From Minisyncoccota bacterium (GTDB lineage: Bacteria; Verrucomicrobiota; Verrucomicrobiia; Limisphaerales; UBA8199), in the NCBI GenBank assembly GCA_035452965.1, contig DAOTCE010000004.1:192666-256665 (forward strand): 64,000 nucleotides of DNA, read 5' to 3'. The notes below the pieces were generated by a model, which ran no database searches, was not told where the DNA came from, and saw only the letters and a program-made list of their open reading frames with translations. The position numbers and the translations under genes were made by a program. Positions 48,301 to 55,546 of the stretch are shown one piece after another (positions within the stretch are counted from its first letter, which is position 1; the number at the start of each line of letters is the position of its first letter).

Positions 48301-49899
48301 GCCGCCGGTTTCACGGCCTACAACGATTGCTCGAAGGGGGACGGCACGAACCCCGCCAACACCACCGAGTACCCGGGCAACGGATCCTACTCGGGCCTGC
48401 TCAAGGACTTCGACACGGGCGCGACGCTGCCGGTCACCCTCACCCTCGTCACCAACCGGATCACCTACGATGGCACCGGCGGTCCGATGCCCAACGCGGG
48501 CACCGACGCCCACACCACGTTCAATGGCAAAGTCGTCTTCGACAATGTCATCTGGTACACCGCCACCAGCAACGGCTTCTGGATGGATGCGGTCTTTACC
48601 GGCCTGGACCCGGCCAAGGAATACGAGTTCGCCACCTCGGCCAACCGGGGTGGATCCGGCTCGGACTACGCCAGCCGATACAGCAAGTTCACGATTACCG
48701 ACATGGACTCGGCCGAGAACGGCAGCACGCCGGGCGTCACGGTCAACTCGGACACGTCGGTGACCTTCTGCACCGGGATGAACACGGTCAACGGGTATGT
48801 GGCGCGCTGGACCAAGATCAAGTGCGGCAGCGACGGCGACTTCACCGTGCGGGTGGAGGACGGCGGGGGCGTGGGCAAGGGCTACGCCTTTGACGGCATC
48901 ATGCTGCGGGAGTCGGTTCCCCAGACGCAAACGGTGATCGTCACCGCAGACAGCGGCCAGTCTAAGGTCTTCGGCGAGGCTGACCCAGTGCTGACTTATG
49001 TCTCCTCGATTCCGGGCGTAACCTTCACCGGCGCCTTGAGCCGCGCGGCGGGCGAGAATGTCGGCAGTTATGCGATCAACCAGGGCGACCTGTCGGCCGG
49101 GGAAAACTACGTGATCACTTTCGTCCCCGCCGACTTCACCATCACGGCCAAGCCGATCACTGTCACCGCCGACAGCGGCCAGAGCAAAGTCTTTGGGGCG
49201 TCTGATCCGGTGTTGACCTACGTTTCCTCGGACCTCGGGGCGAGCTTTACCGGCGCCTTGGGCCGCGCGGCGGGCGAGGATGTCGGCAGCTATGCGATCA
49301 ACCAGGGCGACCTGTCCGCCGGGGCCAATTACGCGATCACGTTTGTCCCCGCTGACTTCGCGATCACGGCCGCCTCCTCGACCACGGCGATCAGTTCGTC
49401 GCTCAATCCGTCCGACGCCGGCTCAAACGTGACCTTCACCGTCACGGTTGGCCCGGTTGCGCCGGCCAGCACCACGCCCACCGGCAACGTGCAATTCCTG
49501 ACCAATGACGTGGCTATGGGAAGCCCGGTTGCTCTGGCCGGTGGCACCGTTACATTCGACACGGCGCTGTTGCCCACGGGCACCAACACCGTCACCGCCA
49601 ATTACCTGGGTGATGCCAACTACCTCGGCAGCACCGACAACCTGTTGCAGGTGGTCAAGGTCGTTGCCGAACCGCCCTCGGTGGTGAGCATCCTGCCGAA
49701 CGGCGATGGCTCGGTGACCGTGACGTTTGCCGGCACGCCGGGTGCCGCTTACCTGGTCCTGGATTCGACGAGCATCGTCTCGCCGGTTTCGTGGGTGAAG
49801 GTGTCCACCAATACGGCCGGTCCGGACGGCCGGTGGACGTACACGGATAACACCGTGCCGAATTACACACAGCGATTCTTCCGCGCCGCTAAACCGTAA
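42361..49899 (+). CDS. giant secreted mosaic protein B (2512 aa): U + LamG x2 + metallophosphoesterase + Calx-beta x3 + V + W + MBG x2 + Ig-like domains
   Basis: I moved the start to MKRTTPLCLITLLFVLSGAPGGLAA (ATG at 42361, in frame with the track ORF at 41962). LamG_3-type segments (LQFDGSNDYVTF..LDEVRVWNYARS) occur twice. Metallophosphoesterase motifs LPDTQ, QLGDCV, GNHD and CGHES. Confidence 0.9.
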   Translation: MKRTTPLCLITLLFVLSGAPGGLAATVTETFDSYANGTLITAVGGSGVWTIGANTVVNPGGVNGTAGLGYGSAIFNWKGQSFQWSALAVGTKVAISLDFQSSTTGKFDDDRVGWTITPDASTSTGSQLALQLDNTSEGGMVFYHNSTRTPVLNALSGIKNSTWYRFSVEYTKLTATSATIVGTLTELDASGNPTGTPYVGTIADTSTFANPPSTSLFTSAQQCPSYKNHNVTAGRGNVDNASITITPPGPQPATISITSPANDSTMTGEWLAIAATATPSTGASITNVEFYSGTTKIGEDATEPFTMNWCGVAPAAYSLTAVVLDNSGASVTSSAVNVTVSAPATAGSLQFDGSNDYVTFGTAPELGLSTFTIECWFKRQGTGQITTTGSGGVTNAVPLVTKGRGEAENSNADMNWFLGISTSGNVIAADFEEGVGGTTPGLNHPVWGNTPVINNVWYHAAATYDGASWTLYLNGNVETNVAVNQPPRSDSIQHAALASAMNSTGAAAGYFQGLLDEVRVWNYARSAAEIGDNYRLQITNQNGLVARWALNEADGTVARDANCGGLNGDLRNGPVWSTDSFDANNPPMVLLTTPAAGSVFAVGSSVTLDATAMDEGSVAEVAFYVDDELVGSDDTSPYSATWPSAELGFHALTAVARDNTGLWATSAVVNVSVVAEPGFGAVSFDGANDHIAMGAAPELGASTFTLECWMRIDGTGVTASSGNGGVNVAPLIAKGRGEGDASNLDCNYIFGVQSNNRLAADFEDMQSGLNHPIVGTAALSAGVWHHCAVTYDGSWWRIYVDGAADASLQVTGGGNVQVPRYDSIQHFALGTAMTSTGAAAGYFKGVMDEVRVWNYARTQAEISSSMYSEIAEAAGLIGRWSLNETNGTTASNTGSSGVNGTLVNGAVWATGYPLQPAANTPPTVAITSPTNGATVFTSFSISATATDFGAVSQVDFYADDITLLGSDASSPYTFDWSGAPEGAHTLTAVAWDDEGLSATSAVVNITVSTNLPPSAPVVVAPINGAVGVAADATLTVAVSDPNNDPMTVVFYGRPLDGPAPGADFTFVALPDTQFYMSSLNGGSPAIATNQVAWVIANRVSRNIQYLAQLGDCVQNGENGGNDAEWRNATNAFYRLEDPLTTFLPEGVPYGVAVGNHDQTPAYDPNGTTTFYNQYFGINHFQGYSYYGGHYGTNNDNHYDLFSASGMDFIVIYLEYDAAMTTASPVLAWANGVLETHSNRRAIVVSHYIVNPGFNATFSAQGQAIYNGLKGNTNLFLMLCGHESPEEGQRTDVYQGRAVWSIMSDYQSLTAGGNGWMRLYEFSPSNNVIHAKTYSPWLDQYKTASSNQFDIPYVMSATNPFVVIGTSTGVPSGGNASIVWTNLDLETVYEWYAVASDASLSVSGATSQFTTRPPLRVTLSLAGSPMAEAAGEATVTATLSEISANEVTVNLEFSGTATLTDDYTRSGASISIPAGNLTGSITLKAVQDTLYEVPAETIVVDIGTVDNALENGTQQVTATITDDDPVPPDVTLSLAGSPMAEAAGEATVTATLSGTSLNAVTVNLEFSGTATLTDDYTRSGASISIPAGSLTGSITLTAVQDAIYENPDETIVVDISTVLNATESGAQQVTATISDDDPIPPVMTLLDQNFDVLGSAGTTMPNDWTAGYLGVVSTQNRLTMSPYAGNGLNLTALPLVVSDGSAFPNPNVGTIFNIGSAGSSERALGSYPRTTPSGDHVLQVAIVNTTGGSLSSINVSYVGEQWRQSEGASDSGPEMLRFLVSTTSPTDGFAYYSDLNFTAPKQLVADWPVGGLDGNLAANRAAVAGTITFASPVPPGGTFYLRWHDWNDDSTSDHYLAIDDLIVRSTYLSGPTVTLDLAGSPMAEDGGVATVTATLSKTSAYEVVVNLAFAGTATLTDDYTRSGASISIPAGSLTGSITLTAVADAVYESTAETIVVDITTVDNAIESGTQQVTATITDDPAAAGFTAYNDCSKGDGTNPANTTEYPGNGSYSGLLKDFDTGATLPVTLTLVTNRITYDGTGGPMPNAGTDAHTTFNGKVVFDNVIWYTATSNGFWMDAVFTGLDPAKEYEFATSANRGGSGSDYASRYSKFTITDMDSAENGSTPGVTVNSDTSVTFCTGMNTVNGYVARWTKIKCGSDGDFTVRVEDGGGVGKGYAFDGIMLRESVPQTQTVIVTADSGQSKVFGEADPVLTYVSSIPGVTFTGALSRAAGENVGSYAINQGDLSAGENYVITFVPADFTITAKPITVTADSGQSKVFGASDPVLTYVSSDLGASFTGALGRAAGEDVGSYAINQGDLSAGANYAITFVPADFAITAASSTTAISSSLNPSDAGSNVTFTVTVGPVAPASTTPTGNVQFLTNDVAMGSPVALAGGTVTFDTALLPTGTNTVTANYLGDANYLGSTDNLLQVVKVVAEPPSVVSILPNGDGSVTVTFAGTPGAAYLVLDSTSIVSPVSWVKVSTNTAGPDGRWTYTDNTVPNYTQRFFRAAKP
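48307..48912 (+). repeat. 606-bp tract >99% identical to 38600-39205 (module W)
   Basis: See the partner feature. The identical out-of-frame ORFs in the track (38583/48290 and 38620/48327) show the same thing. Confidence 0.85.
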
Positions 49900-49919
49900 T
49901 CAGTCTGGCAATCACACAG

Positions 49920-49960
49920 CAGGCCGGGAGACGCCTCTGGCATCCCGGCCTGTCCTGTTT
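49920..49960 (+). terminator. hairpin plus T-rich tail after gene B
   Basis: caggccggga-13 nt-tcccggcctg followed by tcctgttt. Confidence 0.5.
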
Positions 49961-50331
49961 AATGCGCAGGGGCGCATCGCGGCGACCATGGCGGGCGGGG
50001 GGCATGGTTCCGCCTGCCGATGCGACGGGGCGCCAGTTTATCCGAAGCAGGCCTTCAGCACCCAGGGAGATGCGTTGGCTTTCTGTCCCATTTGCTGCTC
50101 TCGGGCAGGGCACAGTCCAACAACTAGACAGGCACCGTGGCGCCGGTTACGCTCTCGCTCTCGCATTCTTAGGCGCGGATTTGGGCCGCCTGCTCCTGGC
50201 ACTTGTTGCACAACCTATTGCCCTTGCGGCACTTGCGGCGAATACACCCCCCGGCAACACCTGCGTCTCAGCGGTAAGTCCCGTCAATACAGTAGGTTGC
50301 GACGAAAGCCTCCCGGATGTCAAGGCTGTAT

Positions 50332-50398
50332 CCACGGTGTGGATACGGTGAGGATACGGCGCGTATACGGTGAGACTCCCATGGGAACCGCCACCGGG
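50332..50398. repeat. degenerate copy 3 of the palindromic element
   Basis: ccacggtgtgg...ctcccatgggaaccgccaccggg. The right arm and both flanks (gctgtat.. / ..tttcccgcc) resemble copy 2. The left inner arm is replaced by three ~11-nt direct repeats (gatacggtgag, gatacggcgcg, tatacggtgag). Confidence 0.55.
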
Positions 50399-50532
50399 TT
50401 TCCCGCCAACAACTCCTTCGCGAGCGGACGCTCGTCTTGCCGAACTCAGGGCAAGCGCTATTCAGAATTACGCATGGCACAACATCTGCAATCATTGAAT
50501 TTGTAGGTTCCCTGCCTACATCCTCCTGAGTG

Positions 50533-50571
50533 GGGCGGTGCCGGGACCAACAGGCGCCGCCCTCCTCTTTT
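50533..50571 (+). terminator. terminator-like hairpin (10 bp including one G-U) plus tcctctttt
   Basis: gggcggtgcc-10 nt-ggcgccgccc then tcctcttttc. No credible upstream CDS. Confidence 0.45.
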
Positions 50572-50587
50572 CATGGTTGGGTTGGGG

Positions 50588-50622
50588 GCGGCCCGGTGTA
50601 AGAACCGGGCCGCTCTTTTTTT
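50588..50622 (+). terminator. canonical Rho-independent terminator
   Basis: gcggcccgg-tgtaagaa-ccgggccgc followed by tcttttttt. Confidence 0.7.
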
Positions 50623-50743
50623 GTTGCCCGAGGGCGGGGTTCATGTGGTCTGAGAGCGCGGGTGCCGGGCGATGACCGCCAAGGCACTCGACGCCGCCCG
50701 CCGCAGCGGCTACCTTGGCACGACACGTCACCAGAGGTTTATT

Positions 50744-51223
50744 ATGGACGAACTGCTAAGAATCCTGCAGCGCAACGCGCTTGAATCACATGAGAACATC
50801 GCCCGCATGCTGGAGCTTCCGGCGGCTGAGGTCCGCCAGCGGATAGCGGACTATGAGAAACGCGGCGTCATCCGCGGCTACCAGGCCATCCTGAACGAGG
50901 ACCAGCTCGACCTGGACAAGGTCACCGCCGTGATCGAGGTGAAGGTCACGCCGCAGCGTGAGGGGGGATTCGACACGATTGCCGAGCGGATTGGCCGGTT
51001 CCCGGAGGTGCGTTCGGCCTACCTGACGAGCGGCACCTATGACTTGCTGCTCTTTGTGGAAGGGCGCACGCTGCGCGAGGTGGCGGGGTTTGTCAGCGAG
51101 CGGCTGTCTCCCCTGGAAGGTGTGCTCTCCACCTCCACCCATTTCATGCTCAAGACCTACAAACGTTTCGGCGTGTTCATGCACCAGCCCAGCCCCGATG
51201 AACGGCTCAGCGTCACTCCGTAG
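50744..51223 (+). CDS. Lrp/AsnC-family transcriptional regulator
   Basis: I moved the start to MDELLRILQRNALESHENIARMLELPAAEVRQRI (HTH). C-terminal RAM/AsnC_trans_reg-like domain. Confidence 0.88.
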   Translation: MDELLRILQRNALESHENIARMLELPAAEVRQRIADYEKRGVIRGYQAILNEDQLDLDKVTAVIEVKVTPQREGGFDTIAERIGRFPEVRSAYLTSGTYDLLLFVEGRTLREVAGFVSERLSPLEGVLSTSTHFMLKTYKRFGVFMHQPSPDERLSVTP

Positions 51224-52373
51224 CCGCCTCAACGCGACCGTGCGCGACATCCCGCGCTCGGGTATCCGCGATTTCTTCGACCTGGTCACGACCATGAAGG
51301 ACGTGATCAGCCTGGGAATTGGGGAGCCGGATTTCGACACGCCCTGGCATGTCCGCGAATCCACCGTCTTCGCGCTCGAACGCGGCGCCACCCATTACAC
51401 CAGCAACCTCGGCTACCTTGAACTGCGCCGCGCGCTGGCCGGTTATGTGCGCAAGACGTTTGGCGCCGAGTACGACGCGGACGGCGAGGTGCTCGTGACG
51501 GTGGGCGTCAGCGAAGCGCTGGACCTGGCCTTGCGCGCATTGCTCAACCCGGGCGATGAAGTCTTGTACCACGAGCCATGCTATGTTTCCTACCGGGCCA
51601 CCATTCTCTTCGCGCACGGCGTGCCGGTCGCCGTCGAGACGCAGGCCGGGAACGGCTTCCGCCTCACCCGCGCCATGCTCGAGGCCAAGGCCACGCCCCG
51701 CACCAAGGTCCTGATGCTCAACTTTCCGAACAACCCGACCGGCGCCGTGATGAACCGGGCGGACCTGGAGGACATCGCCGCCTTCGCCCGCGAGCGCGAC
51801 CTCATTGTCATTGCGGATGAGATCTACGCCGAGCTGACCTATGACGCGCCGCACACCAGCATCGTCAGCCTGCCCGGGCTGCGTGACCGCACCCTCTTCC
51901 TGCATGGCTTTTCGAAGGCGTGGGCGATGACCGGCTTCCGGCTCGGCTATGCCTGCGGCCCCGCCGAGCTGATTGACGCGATGATGAGGATTCACCAATA
52001 CACGATGCTGTGCGCCTCCTCCCTGAGCCAGAAGGCGGCCCTCGAAGCCCTGGCCCGCCCCGAAGCCGATGTGGCCGAAATGGTGAACGAATACCGGCGC
52101 CGCCGTAACTTCATCGCCGCGGCGCTCGCCGAAATGGGCCTGGAATGCCACCGTCCGCTCGGGGCGTTCTACGCGTTTCCCAGCGTGGCGAAGTTCGGAA
52201 TGTCGGCCAGGGATTTTTCCCTCGCGTTACTGCGCGAGGAAAAGGTGGCGGTAGTCCCGGGCACTGCCTTTGGCGCATGCGGCGAAGGCTTTGTCCGCTG
52301 CGCCTACGCCACCAGCCTGGATAACATCAAAGAGGCGCTCGTGCGTCTCCGCCGTTTCCTCGCCCGGCGCTGA
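51198..52373 (+). CDS. class I/II (aspartate-family) PLP aminotransferase
   Basis: IPRSGIRDFFDL at the N-terminus and the PLP motif GFSKAWAMTGFRLGY. The ATG at 51198 overlaps the lrp 3' end by 26 nt. An alternative GTG lies at 51240. Confidence 0.88.
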   Translation: MNGSASLRSRLNATVRDIPRSGIRDFFDLVTTMKDVISLGIGEPDFDTPWHVRESTVFALERGATHYTSNLGYLELRRALAGYVRKTFGAEYDADGEVLVTVGVSEALDLALRALLNPGDEVLYHEPCYVSYRATILFAHGVPVAVETQAGNGFRLTRAMLEAKATPRTKVLMLNFPNNPTGAVMNRADLEDIAAFARERDLIVIADEIYAELTYDAPHTSIVSLPGLRDRTLFLHGFSKAWAMTGFRLGYACGPAELIDAMMRIHQYTMLCASSLSQKAALEALARPEADVAEMVNEYRRRRNFIAAALAEMGLECHRPLGAFYAFPSVAKFGMSARDFSLALLREEKVAVVPGTAFGACGEGFVRCAYATSLDNIKEALVRLRRFLARR

Positions 52374-52504
52374 GGCGGCTTTTCTGCATCTGGTTTAGAT
52401 TGCGCTTGCGGGAACCCTGGCAAGTAGCGTTAAAGGCTTCACTTTTCCCAGGTTCGATCTCCGTCCGCCTTTACATCCCGGGAATCCTGGTGAATGCTTT
52501 TCCG

Positions 52505-55075
52505 ATGCGATTAGTTGCCGGGCTGTATTGGTTCTGCGCTGTGCTGTTCACTGCCGGCACGGTCTGGGCGGGCGGGAGCGGCTTCAACGTCATTGTGGTC
52601 GTCAACCAGCACAGCACCAACTCGGTTCAACTCGGCAACGCCTACTGTGAACAGCGGGGTGTCCCGCCGCAAAACGTTTTGCGCATGACCGACTGGACGG
52701 GCGGCGCGATCGAGTGGAGCCGGACCAGCTTCGAGACTTGTCTCCTTAACCCGCTCCTGACCCTGCTGGCCGGCCGGGGTTTGACCAACCAGGCGGAGTT
52801 GGTGCTGCTGTCCATGGATATTCCCTACACGGTGGCGGAAGGCGGCAGCTACAACAGCACTACCTCGGCCCTCTTTTATGGCTTCAAGACCAACACCGCC
52901 CCGCCGCTGCCTCCCCCATGTTTGCCAGCGACCTGCTCCTTGCCCGATGCCTCTTTCAGTAGTTACGCCTTCAGCGAGTTGCCTTTCCGCGACGCCCCGC
53001 CCGACACTGCGCCCACAAGCGCGTTCCTGGCGATGATGCTGACGCACAACACTCTCGCCGCCGCGGAAGCAGTGCTGGCCCGGGGTGTGGCGAGCGACAG
53101 CACCTGGCCAACGCAGAGGGTGTATCTCGCCCAGACCGCGGATGCGGCCCGCAATGTTCGCTATATTGAGTTCGACAATGCCCTCATTGACACCCGCATT
53201 CGGGGTCAGGATTCCCTGGTCTGGACCAACACCAGCTCCACCGCCTTTACCAACCTGCTGGGCTTGCAGACAGGTTTGGCAAATCTCACTTTGCCTGTAA
53301 ACGCCTTTGTCCCTGGCGCCATGGGGGACAGCCTTACCTCCTACGCAGGCGGCATTCTGGGCTTTAGCGGCGGACAGACGGACCTGCTGGCTTTTCTCAC
53401 GGCGGGTGCTGCGGGCAGCTATGGCACCGTGAAGGAACCCTGCAACTGGTTGCAGAAGTTTCCCAATCCTCTCAATTATTTCTACCAGCACCGCGGCTTC
53501 TGCCTGGCCGAGGCCTACTACCAGAGCCTCCTGAATCCTTACCAGGGCCTTTTGGTAGGCGAACCGCTCTCGGCACCGTTTGCCCGCCGGGGTATCGCGG
53601 ACTGGAGCTCGCTCACCAATAATGCCGTCCTGAGCGGCCAGGCCGGGCTCAACCTCACTTTCTCTGCCGCAGCGACCAACCTCCCGCTGAGTCGAGCGGA
53701 TCTCTTCCTGGACGGCACCTTTCTGCAGACTGTGACCAATCTCCTGCCGACCGAAGGCAACGTAGCTTCGGTCACGCTCAATGGCGTCACAGTCAACTAC
53801 GCCGTGCCCGTCAACGCAACCGTTGCGTCTGTTGTCACCGGCCTGGCCGCGGAGTTGAACGCGCAGACCAACGCCACCCGGGTATGGGCATACCCGACAG
53901 GCGACCGGCTGGAACTCCAATCGCTCGATGTGACCGTTCCGGGAAGCAATGTAACCTTGAGCGCCAGCGCCTCCCTCGGGTCTGCGGCGCAGTTAACTAC
54001 GCAGCTCGCCCCGGCCAGACCGACTTTCCTCGACACTCCTGCTACCGGTTACCTCGGCATTCTGGCCAGCAATACGCTGGTCGTGGGCGACTGGCTTCAA
54101 CTTGACTTCACCAAGACCAATGGCGCGCAGGTGACCGTCAGTATAACCAACACCACCGAGGGCACCACCATCGCCACGCTGCTGCAGAACCTCCAGGCTT
54201 TGGTCAACGCCAACCCGGCTCTGCAGTCCGCAGACGGCGTCCTGGCGTCGGACTTCGGGGATGCGACCTATTGCGGCGTCGTGGCGGCGCAATTGACCCT
54301 CTACGCCCGTTCGCCCGGCTGGCCGGCGTCCCAGGTTCAGGTCGCGTTTACCGCTTCAACAAATCTGCTCGCCCTGCCGATGGGAACGAACCAGCTCCAG
54401 GACAACCTGTATGATTTGCGGCCGCGCAATCATCTTTATGTCAGCTCGGGCGCAACTTCGCTGCCAGTTAGCTTCCTCCTCGACACCACCCAGATCCCGG
54501 ATGGGTTTCACGAACTGACCGCTGTGGCTTACGAGGGAACCAGCGTCCGAACGCAATCCCGCATTTCGCGGTCTGTGCGGGTTCAAAACACCGCCCTCAC
54601 GGCCGACTTCACGCCGCTGCTCGTCGGCACGAACGCCACGCTTGATATGCCGCTGCAATTCCAGGTGACCGCCAGCGCCCAAAACTTCTCGCGAATTGAG
54701 CTGTTCAGCACGGGCGGCACAGTGGGGGTGCTCACCAATCAGGCTTCGGGCGTTTTCACGGCCCCTTCGGCTCTCCTGGGCCTGGGGGTGCATCCGTTTT
54801 ATGCGCTGGTGACTGACACAACCGGCAATCGTTACCGGACCCAGACCGCCTGGATTCGCCTGCTCCCCTCTTTCAAACTCAACCTTTCCGGGACGCCGCC
54901 TAAGCTTTCGTGGCCCGCACTCACTGGCTTGCGCTATGACATTCTCACCGCGACTAATTTCGCCAGTCCATTTCAGTGGGTGACTTCCGTCGTCGCTTCA
55001 GGTTCGCTGGTGCAGTGGCCCACTCCCGCCCCGGCTGGCGCGGTAAGCTTCTACCGCGTGAGCTTGAGCCCGTGA
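52505..55075 (+). CDS. secreted TIGR03790-like protein with Ig-like repeats and a C-terminal SFYR module
   Basis: I moved the start to MRLVAGLYWFCAVLFTAGTVWA. NVIVVVNQHSTNSVQLGNAYCEQRGVPPQNVLRM resembles the TIGR03790 N-terminus as I remember it; this is not verified. Confidence 0.7.
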   Translation: MRLVAGLYWFCAVLFTAGTVWAGGSGFNVIVVVNQHSTNSVQLGNAYCEQRGVPPQNVLRMTDWTGGAIEWSRTSFETCLLNPLLTLLAGRGLTNQAELVLLSMDIPYTVAEGGSYNSTTSALFYGFKTNTAPPLPPPCLPATCSLPDASFSSYAFSELPFRDAPPDTAPTSAFLAMMLTHNTLAAAEAVLARGVASDSTWPTQRVYLAQTADAARNVRYIEFDNALIDTRIRGQDSLVWTNTSSTAFTNLLGLQTGLANLTLPVNAFVPGAMGDSLTSYAGGILGFSGGQTDLLAFLTAGAAGSYGTVKEPCNWLQKFPNPLNYFYQHRGFCLAEAYYQSLLNPYQGLLVGEPLSAPFARRGIADWSSLTNNAVLSGQAGLNLTFSAAATNLPLSRADLFLDGTFLQTVTNLLPTEGNVASVTLNGVTVNYAVPVNATVASVVTGLAAELNAQTNATRVWAYPTGDRLELQSLDVTVPGSNVTLSASASLGSAAQLTTQLAPARPTFLDTPATGYLGILASNTLVVGDWLQLDFTKTNGAQVTVSITNTTEGTTIATLLQNLQALVNANPALQSADGVLASDFGDATYCGVVAAQLTLYARSPGWPASQVQVAFTASTNLLALPMGTNQLQDNLYDLRPRNHLYVSSGATSLPVSFLLDTTQIPDGFHELTAVAYEGTSVRTQSRISRSVRVQNTALTADFTPLLVGTNATLDMPLQFQVTASAQNFSRIELFSTGGTVGVLTNQASGVFTAPSALLGLGVHPFYALVTDTTGNRYRTQTAWIRLLPSFKLNLSGTPPKLSWPALTGLRYDILTATNFASPFQWVTSVVASGSLVQWPTPAPAGAVSFYRVSLSP

Positions 55076-55546
55076 TTCGACGCGGCCCCGCGCCGCGAGG
55101 ACTCGGCCGCAGCCCTGCCTCGGCTAAGGTTCTTGCTGATAAAGAATCAGCCACACGGCCGATGTCATCATCTTGTCGGCTCATGGCCGGGGTGCCTTGC
55201 CGGTTGAAGCGCGGGCATGGCTGAACTGCTGGCTGCAGCACAAACAAGCAAAACCGTGTGCGCTGGGTGTCCTGCTGGATGCCGGAGTAGCCGGCCAGAG
55301 GGGTGAGAATCCGGTCCTGGGTTTCATGCAGGAGATCGCCGTCGCGGCTGGAGCAGATTTATTCTACGGCTTCTCCGAAGCGCCCGCGAGCGAACTAGAT
55401 GCGGTGATGGACGAGATCAACCGGCGCGTGCACCAGTCTTCCACGGTGCTTGATGACATGTTCAAGCGGGCCGAACCTCACCGCTGGTGGGGGGATCAAC
55501 GAGTAACTGCCCCAAGGTGCCAAGTCGTGGGCATGCAGAAGTGCGG

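Noticed and set aside
49962-50506. ORFs 49962..50351 (129 aa) and 49988..50506 (172 aa) in the long spacer after giant B.
   Set aside because: They are R/C/G-rich with no domain signature and poor codon bias, and they run through the degenerate palindromic element. I treat the region as non-coding.
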